A DNA stretch of 64,000 nt from a virus (IMGVR_UViG_3300032296_004087:1-64000), one strand, 5' to 3'. Positions 50,533 to 60,130 are shown, numbered from the stretch's first letter. Notes: generated by a model not told the origin, from the letters alone. Translations and numbers: made by a program.

Positions 50533-51136
50533 TGATATTCTCACGATGATATTTGATAATCTCGCTTCCAATAATGAATCTGGAAATGTGGATGTTCTAA
50601 ATAATCTCAACATAGAGATATTAAATAAAATTGCTCACCCAAGTTTCAACATCAATATGTTCACTGAAGTTGATGCGAATCAATACCCACAATTTTGTTT
50701 AGGGGTATACAACCCATCAATTAAAAAAACTTTGGTAAACAAATATAACTTAGATATTAACAAAGCCATTAATGTTATTCATTCAACATTAAACAAGAGC
50801 GACACAGCTATTTTAGGTGGGGGAATACTAATTAACTCACTAGTTAGCATAGCAGCTCATACTATAATAGGAAATTACGTGAGCATAAACAGACATGTAT
50901 CAATAGGTCATCACACGACAATAGGGAATTACACTTCAATCAACCCAGGGGTAAACATAGCAGGTAACGTAAGTGTAGGAGAAGCAACGACAATAGGAAT
51001 GGGGGCAAATGTATTAAACAAAATAAAGATAGGTTCCAATACAATCGTAGGAGCTGGCTCTGTTGTCACAAAAGACTTACCAGATAATGTTGTAGCTTAT
51101 GGAAACCCATGTAAGATTATAAGAGAGAATATATGA
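50498..51136 (+). CDS. NeuD/PglD-like sugar acetyltransferase
   Basis: Hexapeptide repeats, IGHH, GAGSVVTKD, GNPCK. Confidence 0.9.
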   Translation: METNLLIVGKGDDILTMIFDNLASNNESGNVDVLNNLNIEILNKIAHPSFNINMFTEVDANQYPQFCLGVYNPSIKKTLVNKYNLDINKAINVIHSTLNKSDTAILGGGILINSLVSIAAHTIIGNYVSINRHVSIGHHTTIGNYTSINPGVNIAGNVSVGEATTIGMGANVLNKIKIGSNTIVGAGSVVTKDLPDNVVAYGNPCKIIRENI

Positions 51137-51285
51137 TTAGGCTTGATGTTAAAGTGGGGGATGTAATTCTAATGGGAAGATTCAAAAACAAAAAGGTTAC
51201 AGTAAAGACAATAGGACAAGACGAACATGGAATGCCCACAGTAAATGGAAAACCCATATGTACTTTTAGGTATAAGAAAGACTAA
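51133..51285 (+). CDS. small protein (50 aa, MIRLDVKVGDVILMGRFKNKK...)
   Basis: Hand-translated; ATGA overlap with previous gene. Confidence 0.65.
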   Translation: MIRLDVKVGDVILMGRFKNKKVTVKTIGQDEHGMPTVNGKPICTFRYKKD

Positions 51286-51365
51286 AGATAAAAAGTTTTT
51301 TCAATTAAGATTTAATTGTTTCAAATTTCTGTTGTACATTAGACTTGTAATTTAGAAACAGAGAT

Positions 51366-51530
51366 ATGACAACACAACAACAACTCCACTTGAACCTTTT
51401 CAGGGAAGGTCTTTCTATGCGAGAAGCAGGATATGGAGAAAATCGTATTTGGGACTTCCTAAATACAGAATTGCAAAATGATTATTTGACTGATAAGATT
51501 TTTGATTTAGTTTTACGAACAAAAATCTAA
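51366..51530 (+). CDS. small hypothetical protein (54 aa)
   Basis: Hand-translated MTTQQQLHLNLFREG... Confidence 0.55.
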   Translation: MTTQQQLHLNLFREGLSMREAGYGENRIWDFLNTELQNDYLTDKIFDLVLRTKI

Positions 51531-51618
51531 AATAAAATTGGTCGTTTAAACCCTCCCACAAACCCTTCGCTTTACTCACTAATTCCCCATTACTATATTA
51601 TTATTTTATAATTTGAAT

Positions 51619-52506
51619 ATGCATAACAAATTAATTGTGGGACAGACTCCCTTGCTGCCCCTTGATATTGACGGGGTAAGAATATGGGGAAAAGCCGAGT
51701 TTATGAATCCATCTGGTTCTATTAAGGACCGCCCTATGAGCAATATTTTAAAAAGGGTGATGGAGAATAACTTACTGAAAAGGGGGGACACACTTGTGGA
51801 GGCAACATCGGGAAACGCAGGGATTTCTTTTGCTATGTTCTGCGCGATGTATGGTATTAAATGTGTGATTGTTATGCCAAGTAATATGAGTGAGGAAAGA
51901 AAACAAATGTTACGATTATATGGTGCGGAACTTATAGAGGTGGGTGCAGGAGATTTCGATGGTGCGATAAGACTAAGAAATGAATTGGCTGAAGATAATG
52001 GATGGTTCAATGGTAATCAATTTGCATCAAAGTGGAACATAGAAGCCCACAGAGAAGGTACGGGAGTAGAATTACTCTATCAATGTGATATGAATTGTTT
52101 TATCCCTACAGCGTTTGTTGCGGGTACGGGAACAGGAGGTACACTAATGGGTGCAGGAGAGACCTTAAAGAATTATTATCCTGATATGGACATAGTTGCT
52201 GTGGAACCTGCGGAATCTCCTGTAATGAGTGGAGGAGAACCTGGACTGCATGGTATACAAGGAATAGGAGATGGTTCAAAGTTTTTGGTGGATTTAAACA
52301 TGGTAGATAAAATTATCACAATAAAGACCCATGACGCAAAGGAGATGTCCAAAAGACTTACCAAAGAATATGGATTGTTTGTAGGTATAAGTGCGGCAGC
52401 TAATGTATTGGGTTCACTAAGATACTCACAAGATAAGGGTAAAGAAGATATCTTAACTATTCTATGTGATAGGGGTGAGAGATATCTTAGTTCTTTGAAT
52501 GGGTAA
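51619..52506 (+). CDS. cysK: cysteine synthase (PLP-dependent OASS)
   Basis: KAEFMNPSGSIKDR, EATSGNAG, GTGTGGT, GIQGIG, LCDRGERYLS. Confidence 0.9.
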   Translation: MHNKLIVGQTPLLPLDIDGVRIWGKAEFMNPSGSIKDRPMSNILKRVMENNLLKRGDTLVEATSGNAGISFAMFCAMYGIKCVIVMPSNMSEERKQMLRLYGAELIEVGAGDFDGAIRLRNELAEDNGWFNGNQFASKWNIEAHREGTGVELLYQCDMNCFIPTAFVAGTGTGGTLMGAGETLKNYYPDMDIVAVEPAESPVMSGGEPGLHGIQGIGDGSKFLVDLNMVDKIITIKTHDAKEMSKRLTKEYGLFVGISAAANVLGSLRYSQDKGKEDILTILCDRGERYLSSLNG

Positions 52507-52524
52507 TTAATATATTTATTGACT

Positions 52525-52653
52525 ATGTTAGCCCTTCAGATTTTTTTTATGGTATTGTTTGTTGTTGGATTTTTCCAAATGATAGAATGGTTATTTACCC
52601 TACCTCGTACAATTATGGATTGGTGGTATAATAATCATCACAAACATCGTTAA
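52525..52653 (+). CDS. small membrane protein (42 aa)
   Basis: Hand-translated MLALQIFFMVLFVVGFF... after TATTTAT. Confidence 0.5.
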   Translation: MLALQIFFMVLFVVGFFQMIEWLFTLPRTIMDWWYNNHHKHR

Positions 52654-52698
52654 CAGGGGGGTACTTGACCACATAGATTCTGTGGTTATGTTTCCCAA

Positions 52699-53538
52699 AT
52701 GAGTTTTGAAGAAAAAAGGTCCCGAAGTGAGGGATGGGAAAAGGCGAAATACGAAGGTCATTTAAACGAAGACAGTTTCACTCGGGAGAATGTTTCATCA
52801 GAGATATTAAGTATTTTAGATGAGGATGAACATATAGTATCCATCGATGGTGGGGGTTCGAATGAGTTAAAGGTAGTGACTTTGTTTGGTTATAAGGCTC
52901 CCTCTAAGACCGATAAGGTTATTTTAACAAACAAGAGGTCCATCACCATATCTTTAAAGAAGTCAGATGGTGGACAGGTATATTTGATTCCATCGGACAA
53001 ATTTTTCAGTGGGTTTGAGATATGGTATAACAGGGAGGTCCCATCAGAGGTGGGGGAAATTATTACATTGTTCACGGGTGAGTCTGATGATGTAGAAAAT
53101 GTACTACAGGATGAGATGGTGATGAAACAGAACATGCAGGTCTCACCGTCTCAGAGAACTCGAAGGTTGTGTTTCGATGCGCTTGATGTATATGATTCTT
53201 CAAAGGTTTCAAAGACATTAGAGTGGTTTAGGGAGAACATTGGTTTAATTACTGACTATGTCTTCTCTCGAGGATTATCGGATGACTCCCATCAATTCGC
53301 GGAGTATTTGTATTACAAGAATTTCTTGGATGAAGATAACTCGATGGATAAGGTTTTTAAGATATCTGAATTGGCGGATTTATGTCAACAGAATTCACAT
53401 AGGGTCGAGTTTGGTCATAGGTATGGGAGAACATCGATTCAGCTTCCGTTTGGTCATGTGCAGATGCATCAAGACACATTGCAATTCCACCATAGTTATT
53501 CCAAAATATTGGGGTTGTTTGTTGTTAATAATATTTAA
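52699..53538 (+). CDS. putative type II restriction endonuclease
   Basis: GHLNE...KTD...ISLKK..GQV pattern; directly upstream of a methyltransferase. Confidence 0.55.
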   Translation: MSFEEKRSRSEGWEKAKYEGHLNEDSFTRENVSSEILSILDEDEHIVSIDGGGSNELKVVTLFGYKAPSKTDKVILTNKRSITISLKKSDGGQVYLIPSDKFFSGFEIWYNREVPSEVGEIITLFTGESDDVENVLQDEMVMKQNMQVSPSQRTRRLCFDALDVYDSSKVSKTLEWFRENIGLITDYVFSRGLSDDSHQFAEYLYYKNFLDEDNSMDKVFKISELADLCQQNSHRVEFGHRYGRTSIQLPFGHVQMHQDTLQFHHSYSKILGLFVVNNI

Positions 53539-53555
53539 TTTACTATATTTTTATT

Positions 53556-54278
53556 ATGATTGATTTACGCTTAGGAGACTGTTTAGATGAGATGAAGAAG
53601 ATAGAGTCTGATTCCATTTCATGTATTGTCACATCGCCACCTTATAACAAAAAAGGTTTATCGGGAAAGTCCAAACCTGGCAATCAGGTGTGGAAGAAAT
53701 ATAACATCGACTATAATTCCTATGGTGATGATTTGACTGAAGAAGAATATTCACAATGGATGGTGGATGTTCTCAATGAAATGAAAAGAATTATCAAACC
53801 TGATGGTTCTATATTTTTCAATCACAAACCCCGTAGACACAATAATAAAGTACATCTCCCAACAGACTTTATCTCAAAGAGTGACCTACAAATATATCAA
53901 CTAATCATATGGAATAGATTATCTTCTCCTAACATTAGGAAAGACCTATTACTTCCATGTACTGAACATATCTATTGGCTCACCAAAGGAAAACCTAAAG
54001 TATTCAAAGATAATATAGATTCTAAGTTTCATTCAGAGGTATGGACAATTAACCCTGATAAAAATCCTCATCATCCAGCACCATTCCCCCAAATACTTGT
54101 GGAGAATTGTATGTTACTAACAACACAAGAAGGTGATACCTGTTTGGACCCATACTTAGGTTCAGGTACATCAGCAATTATAGCTCAATATCATAATAGA
54201 AACTTTATAGGTATAGAGATAGATGAGAAGTATATGAATCTAACTAAAGAGAACCTTAAGAAGTCTACACAAGAGTAA
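53556..54278 (+). CDS. DNA amino-methyltransferase (beta class, likely N4-cytosine)
   Basis: TSPPYN, HPAPFP, LDPYLGSGTS. Confidence 0.9.
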   Translation: MIDLRLGDCLDEMKKIESDSISCIVTSPPYNKKGLSGKSKPGNQVWKKYNIDYNSYGDDLTEEEYSQWMVDVLNEMKRIIKPDGSIFFNHKPRRHNNKVHLPTDFISKSDLQIYQLIIWNRLSSPNIRKDLLLPCTEHIYWLTKGKPKVFKDNIDSKFHSEVWTINPDKNPHHPAPFPQILVENCMLLTTQEGDTCLDPYLGSGTSAIIAQYHNRNFIGIEIDEKYMNLTKENLKKSTQE

Positions 54279-54279
54279 A

Positions 54280-54980
54280 TGTGTAAATCAGTTCACGCAG
54301 TTCGGGGGTGAGGTTAAAACCCTAAAGGGTTTCACCCCCTCACTTTGTTCTCTGATTCACACATTCCCCCCCCTTTAACAAGCCCCCCTTTTTAAGGTGA
54401 CACAATAGTAGGTGGTAGATTATACCTAACCTTTATGATGACAAAGACAAGGGGACTTCGTCCCAAATTCATACATCATAACCCATAGGTATTTTCTATT
54501 CTTATAAAGGTAATCCCACTTTTACCCACAGGGTTTTATTAGGGGATTTTAATGAGATACTATTTGAGGTCACCTGTTAATGTGTCAGTTAAATGGGGGG
54601 GATTTATGGTCGATTATAGGGATAAACTATCACCCTTGAGGTCCTCGTTGAAGGAGATTTCATCTCTCGGGCGGTCTGATACTATAACATCCTTTTTTTG
54701 CTGGAGTTTCTAATACCTTAAAAATTACCTCTGACGCTATCTACAGGGGGGATTTTTTATGGCTGGTGATACGACCAGCAAGAATATGTGGTAGAAAGTG
54801 GGGACTAGTGGAGAGGGGGGAACATAGGTAAAACCTATCAAAGGGATTGCCCTTTCCTTAACGCTCAACCAAATTCCTGACAAATTGTCAAAAATGGGAC
54901 ATGGGAGTAACCCCCACTTTCCCCCCCTTTATATCACCACACGGAAATTAGATTTACAAATCACCATTATTTTATATGTT
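54280..54980. other. long non-coding region with hairpins and G/C homopolymer runs
   Basis: No credible ORF; nested inverted repeat 54278-54365. Confidence 0.5.
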
Positions 54981-54986
54981 CCGAGT

Positions 54987-55262
54987 ATGGATTTTATCAC
55001 CCCACATATAGAACACTTAGGGGATAACCGTATTAGGATTGACCTTTACTCTAAAGAGGGGGGGACATTTTTGGGGATGTTATATTATGAGAGGGCAAAG
55101 AACGGGTTTCTAAGGAAACCGATAGGATTAAAGAAGATGGCTTGCGTGGATGCAAAGATAGAGACCCTCTTTAATTTGTTCCCCCAAGTAGAACCGAAAG
55201 ATGTATTGGACTACTGTCAGTCACTTCTTATGGGGGGGGACAAAGATACAACAAATATCTGA
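54987..55262 (+). CDS. hypothetical protein
   Basis: Likely start MDFITPHIE. Confidence 0.55.
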   Translation: MDFITPHIEHLGDNRIRIDLYSKEGGTFLGMLYYERAKNGFLRKPIGLKKMACVDAKIETLFNLFPQVEPKDVLDYCQSLLMGGDKDTTNI

Positions 55263-55431
55263 TTCCACCAAAGAAATATTTATCAACAATTTTTGGTCAT
55301 CTCAAAAATACTCTGTACCTTTAGGGTGGTTGTGGGTGGGAACCACATAAGAAAAAAACAATCCCCCCCCTTTCAACGAGACATAAAATATATTTGTCCA
55401 ATTAAAATATCCGCAGTATATTTGTATCATT

Positions 55432-55632
55432 ATGGAAAACAATATAACAATCACCCTTACCAAGGAGGAGTATGATACCCTCCAAACTATCTTATTCTAT
55501 TGGGTCGACCAAGTGGAATATGATGTGGAACAAGCAATGAAAGACAATGACCCCAACGGTGAACTCGAGGAGCTAACCGACAACCTCCTTGTCTCTATGA
55601 GTATCAACAAGAAGTTACAACCAAGTGAATAG
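55432..55632 (+). CDS. small acidic protein
   Basis: After sigmaA promoter 55393-55424. Confidence 0.65.
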   Translation: MENNITITLTKEEYDTLQTILFYWVDQVEYDVEQAMKDNDPNGELEELTDNLLVSMSINKKLQPSE

Positions 55633-55745
55633 TCTATTACTAATCTACTCCACTATGTTCCTTGTCGGAATGGGGGGAATAATTTTATTACTTATTTTTC
55701 CCCCCCATGTTTGGTAGAGTCAAATTAATGTTGTATATTTGAACT

Positions 55746-55838
55746 ATGGTTGACACAGTAATCATTCTCCTTCTTGTTATTGCAGTTCTTGCAATGGTCA
55801 TCGGGTATTTCATATCCCAAAACATCGAAGACCTATGA
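55746..55838 (+). CDS. tiny single-TM protein (30 aa)
   Basis: After sigmaA promoter 55710-55741; MVDTVIILLLVIAVLAMVIGYF. Confidence 0.45.
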   Translation: MVDTVIILLLVIAVLAMVIGYFISQNIEDL

Positions 55839-56172
55839 ATCCAATCTGGCTCATCCCCATTATCGTATTGGTAATCCTCGGAGCACTTGTCATATACGAA
55901 AGAGGTCGCGACTGAACGGGGGGGAGGACACAGTAGCACCCTGTGTTAACCTCCCCTCCATATAGGGTCCCCCTATACCCCCTTAGAGGGGGGGGGTCCC
56001 CCGTATCCCCCCCTACTACCCCCTATTTTTGGTCACAGGGGGGGACAATACCGTCTGTGTAGCAAAAAAATTTTTGGTAAAAAAATTGATATTTTCCATA
56101 ACTCGACCCTTGTTTTTAAATGGGGGTCAAAATTAAAAAAAGAATTTTTGGAAAATTTTCCTATTTATTGAT

Positions 56173-56739
56173 ATGATAACTGAAAAGCAAAAAGAAATGT
56201 TGTTCAAGTTGTGGAGCAATCTTGGAGTGAGTTTGCAGTCACCCAAGTATCTTGATATTTCTTTTCCTAATCCTCAAGAGTTCAAATATTTGGTTGCACT
56301 ATTTTATGGGTTAAAAAGAGATAATCCAACCAATACTTTGATTGCTTTGGAACAAGATATCAAACAAAAAAGTAATGAGTTTTTATCCTTACCCGAAAAC
56401 TCTCCATGTGGGGGGAAACTAAGGATGGTGAAAAATAACGCTTTAGCCACTACATCGTATGGGGGAGTTACACAAAGAAATCAATTTGTTTCACTTCAAG
56501 GAACATTCGCATTTGAAATTCCTGAAGATTTTGTATGTGAGGACTTGGAGGATTATTCTGATATCGATGAGATATACCAAGTTGAGCAATGCTTCACCGA
56601 GGAATGTGTTCGTGATAGTATAAATAAGTTGAAAGTATTTTTGAAGGATAGATACGCACTCATCCTTAACGACATTCGAGCTTATTCAGAGGACAATTTT
56701 ATTGGTGACATTCAAATTGAAACAACAGTTGATTTCTAA
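56173..56739 (+). CDS. hypothetical protein (MITEKQ leader)
   Basis: After TATTTAT 56163. Confidence 0.7.
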   Translation: MITEKQKEMLFKLWSNLGVSLQSPKYLDISFPNPQEFKYLVALFYGLKRDNPTNTLIALEQDIKQKSNEFLSLPENSPCGGKLRMVKNNALATTSYGGVTQRNQFVSLQGTFAFEIPEDFVCEDLEDYSDIDEIYQVEQCFTEECVRDSINKLKVFLKDRYALILNDIRAYSEDNFIGDIQIETTVDF

Positions 56740-56825
56740 AACACGACCCTTGTTTTAAAAGGGGGGTCAATTTCGATTCCGGAATTTTGGGAAAAAATTC
56801 ATAAATTTGGGTCTATTTATATCTT

Positions 56826-57617
56826 ATGAAGATTGTCATCTCAGAGGGCCAGTACGAAAGGTTGATTGAAACCGAAGAGGAGGAGAAAGTTCTTCGTATA
56901 CCATCTTTGAAAATTTTCGATGATGATTGGTTTGTTTTACAAAAGTTTTTGGAGTTAAAGGGTAATCCACCTTATTCTATTGGGGGAGATTTGGACTTAT
57001 CAGAATTACCAATTCAATCATTGGGAAACCTTCAATCAGTTGGTGGGTTTTTGGATTTGAATGAAACACCAATTAAATCCCTTGGAAATCTTCAAACAGT
57101 TGGTGGAGATTTGGACTTGGAAGGAACACCAATTCAATCATTGGGAAACCTTGTATCAGTTGGTGGGACTTTGGATTTAAAAGGAACACCAATCAAATCT
57201 TTGGGAAACCTTAAATCCGTTGGCGGGGATTTATCTTTGGTAGGAAGAGCAATTGAATCTTTGGGAAACCTTGTATCAGTTGGTGGGGATTTATATTTGC
57301 AAGAAACACAAATCGAATCTTTAGAGAACCTACAATCAGTTGGGGGAAAGTTGGATTTGAATTGGTCAAAAATCCGTTCTTTGGGAAACCTTCAATCTGT
57401 TGGTGGGGGTTTGGATTTGGAAAAAACACCAATTCAATCTCTTGGAAACCTAACATCCGTTGGTGGGTATTTGGATTTGAGATATTCACGAATTAAATCC
57501 TTGGGAAACCTTCAATCAGTTGGTGAGTTTTTGGATTTGAGAAAAACACCACTATCTAAGATGTACACTAGAGAACAAATCCGAGAAACGGTAAATGTTG
57601 CGTATATCTATTTATAA
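56826..57617 (+). CDS. LRR protein, 10 x 20-aa repeats
   Basis: MKIVISEGQY leader; SVGGxLxLxxTPIxSLGNLx repeats. Confidence 0.9.
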   Translation: MKIVISEGQYERLIETEEEEKVLRIPSLKIFDDDWFVLQKFLELKGNPPYSIGGDLDLSELPIQSLGNLQSVGGFLDLNETPIKSLGNLQTVGGDLDLEGTPIQSLGNLVSVGGTLDLKGTPIKSLGNLKSVGGDLSLVGRAIESLGNLVSVGGDLYLQETQIESLENLQSVGGKLDLNWSKIRSLGNLQSVGGGLDLEKTPIQSLGNLTSVGGYLDLRYSRIKSLGNLQSVGEFLDLRKTPLSKMYTREQIRETVNVAYIYL

Positions 57618-57620
57618 GTT

Positions 57621-58052
57621 ATGAAGATTGTCATCTCAGAGAGCCAATATAACAAGTTGATTGAATCCGAAGAGGAGCAGAAAGTTCTTCGTATACCATC
57701 TTTGAAAATTTTCGATGATAATTGGTTTGTTTTACAAAAGTTTTTGGAGTTAAAAGGTAATCCAACTTATTCAGTTGGTGGGGATTTGGATTTGCAAGGA
57801 ACTCCAATCAAATCTCTTGGAAACCTTCAATTTGTTGGTGGGTATTTGTCTTTGCAAGACACATCAATTGAATCTCTCGGAAACCTAAAATCAGTTGGTG
57901 GGTATTTGAATTTGGCATATACATCAATCGAATCTCTTGGGAACCTTCAATATGTTGGTGGGGATTTGAGTTTGCATGGTACACCCTTATCGATTTACAC
58001 TAGAGAACAAATCCGAGAAATGATAAATGTCGAAGGTAGAATTTATAAATAA
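57621..58052 (+). CDS. LRR protein, 4 repeats
   Basis: Same leader, cap and repeat. Confidence 0.9.
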   Translation: MKIVISESQYNKLIESEEEQKVLRIPSLKIFDDNWFVLQKFLELKGNPTYSVGGDLDLQGTPIKSLGNLQFVGGYLSLQDTSIESLGNLKSVGGYLNLAYTSIESLGNLQYVGGDLSLHGTPLSIYTREQIREMINVEGRIYK

Positions 58053-58055
58053 ACC

Positions 58056-58610
58056 ATGAAGATTGTTATCTCAGAGAGCCAATACCAAAGGTTGATTGAA
58101 TCCGAAGAAGAACAGAAAGTTCTTCGTATACCATCTTTGAAAATTTTCGATGATGATTGGTATGCTTTACAAAAGTTTTTGGAGTTGAAAGGTAATCCAA
58201 CTTATTCAGTTGGTGGGGATTTGGATTTGCGTGATTTACCAATTAAATCCTTGGGAAATCTTAAATCCGTTGGTGGAGATTTATATTTGGAAAGAACACC
58301 AATTAAATCATTGGGAAACCTTCAATCCATTAATGGAGATTTGTATTTGGGAGGAACAATAATAAAATCTCTTGGAAACTTAACATATGTCGGTGGGTTT
58401 TTGGATTTGAGAAGAACACCAATTGAATCCTTGGGAAACCTTCAATCCGTTGGTGGAGATTTGGATTTGTTTGGGGCTCAAATTAAATCATTGGGAAACC
58501 TTCAATCCGTTGGCGGGTATTTGGATTTTAGAAGTACACCCTTATCTGATATGTACACTAAAGAACAAATCCTACAAATGGTAAATGTTGGTGATGATAT
58601 CTATTATTAA
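58056..58610 (+). CDS. LRR protein, 6 repeats
   Basis: Same leader, cap and repeat. Confidence 0.9.
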   Translation: MKIVISESQYQRLIESEEEQKVLRIPSLKIFDDDWYALQKFLELKGNPTYSVGGDLDLRDLPIKSLGNLKSVGGDLYLERTPIKSLGNLQSINGDLYLGGTIIKSLGNLTYVGGFLDLRRTPIESLGNLQSVGGDLDLFGAQIKSLGNLQSVGGYLDFRSTPLSDMYTKEQILQMVNVGDDIYY

Positions 58611-58613
58611 ATC

Positions 58614-59288
58614 ATGAAGATTGTTATCTCAGAGAGCCAATTTAACAGGTTGATTGAAACCGAAGAAGAGCAGAAAGTTCTTCGTATACCATCTTTGAAA
58701 ATTTTCGATGATGATTGGGATGTTTTGCAAAAGTTTTTGGAGTTGAAAGGTAATCCACCTTATTCCTTGGGTGGGGATTTGTTTTTGATGGGAACACCGG
58801 TTAAATCCTTGGGAAACCTTGTATCCGTTGATGGGTATTTATACTTGGAAGAAACACCAATTAAATCATTGGGGAACCTTCAATCTGTTGGTGGGTATTT
58901 GGATTTGAGAGGAACTCCAATCAAATCCTTGGGAAACTTAATATCAGTTGGTGGGGATTTGGTTATGGATGATACGCCAATTAAATCCTTGGGAAACCTT
59001 CAATTCGTTGGTAACAGGTTGTATATGCCAGGAACAAAAATAGATTCTTTGGGAAACCTTAAATCTGTTGGTGGGGATTTGTCCTTACAAGGAAGTGAAA
59101 TACAATCTTTAGGAAACTTAACAACAGTTGGTGGTGAGTTAAATTTAATCTCAACAAAAATCAATTCTCTTGGTAAATTAAATTTTGTTGGTAAAAATTT
59201 ATATTTACAACGAACACCTTTATCTAATGAGTACACTGAAGAACAAATCCGTAAAATGGTGGATGTTAAGGGTGAAATCTATTTATAA
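58614..59288 (+). CDS. LRR protein, 8 repeats
   Basis: Same leader, cap and repeat. Confidence 0.9.
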   Translation: MKIVISESQFNRLIETEEEQKVLRIPSLKIFDDDWDVLQKFLELKGNPPYSLGGDLFLMGTPVKSLGNLVSVDGYLYLEETPIKSLGNLQSVGGYLDLRGTPIKSLGNLISVGGDLVMDDTPIKSLGNLQFVGNRLYMPGTKIDSLGNLKSVGGDLSLQGSEIQSLGNLTTVGGELNLISTKINSLGKLNFVGKNLYLQRTPLSNEYTEEQIRKMVDVKGEIYL

Positions 59289-59291
59289 GTT

Positions 59292-59567
59292 ATGAAAATA
59301 GTAATAACTAAACCACAACTTTCCATTTTTTTGAGAAGAAGATTTTCTGCAGAGGACCTTTTATGGATTGTTAATGATGTTAAGGAAATGATTGACGAGG
59401 GTTATGGTGTGGAATCTGCGGTGTATGATGGAATTAGGGAATTTATTAAAAGTAAAAATTTTATTGACATAGATGAATTCGGTGATGAACAATCCTATTG
59501 GAATTCTTATTTGAAGTATGAGATTGCACTTGTTTCTTATGTGAAATCTGAGTTGGGTTTGGATTAA
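59292..59567 (+). CDS. hypothetical protein with MKIVITKPQL leader
   Basis: FLRRR motif shared with 62037-62354. Confidence 0.7.
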   Translation: MKIVITKPQLSIFLRRRFSAEDLLWIVNDVKEMIDEGYGVESAVYDGIREFIKSKNFIDIDEFGDEQSYWNSYLKYEIALVSYVKSELGLD

Positions 59568-59626
59568 AAAACATCTGCTAAGAATTACACTAAAGAGGAC
59601 ATGTTGGAAGTGATATCTATTTATAA
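59568..59626 (+). pseudogene. relic of an LRR gene 3' end
   Basis: ctaagaattacactaaagag...gttggaagtgatatctatttataa resembles the C-cap DNA of the LRR genes. Confidence 0.5.
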
Positions 59627-59629
59627 GTT

Positions 59630-60064
59630 ATGAAGATTGTTATCTCAGAAAGCCAATACCAAAGGTTGATTGAAGTCGAACAAGAGCAAAAAGTTCTTCA
59701 TATTCCTTCATTGAAAGTTTTTGGTTTGGATAGATTGGAAGCTTGGAACAACCTGCAAGAATTTCTGGAAAGAAAAGGTAATCCACCTTATTCTATTGGT
59801 GGTAATTTGGTCTTAGCAGAATTACCAATTGAATCTCTTGGAAACCTAAAATCAGTTGGTCAGGCTTTGGTTTTGTCAAATTCACTAATCAAATCTTTGG
59901 GTAATCTCGAATCCGTTGGTGATGATTTGTATTTAAACAGAACACCAATTCAATCTCTCGGAAATTTGAAATTCGTTGGTGGAGATTTGTATTTGAGAGG
60001 AACACCAATTTCCCAAAGTCCAATTACGGGTGTTAAAGTTGGGGGAGGAATTATGAGAGGGTAA
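59630..60064 (+). CDS. LRR protein, 4 repeats
   Basis: Same leader and repeat, more divergent caps. Confidence 0.9.
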   Translation: MKIVISESQYQRLIEVEQEQKVLHIPSLKVFGLDRLEAWNNLQEFLERKGNPPYSIGGNLVLAELPIESLGNLKSVGQALVLSNSLIKSLGNLESVGDDLYLNRTPIQSLGNLKFVGGDLYLRGTPISQSPITGVKVGGGIMRG

Positions 60065-60130
60065 ATTGATTACTCCCCCCTTTAGACTATCTCCCAACGA
60101 AAAAACAATTTATGGAAACTATTTAAGATT

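Noticed and set aside
56826-60064. 60-nt periodic repeats as a CRISPR array or DGR
   Set aside because: Repeats are in-frame coding units with no repeat-spacer structure; variation involves all bases, and no reverse transcriptase, template repeat or cas gene is in the window
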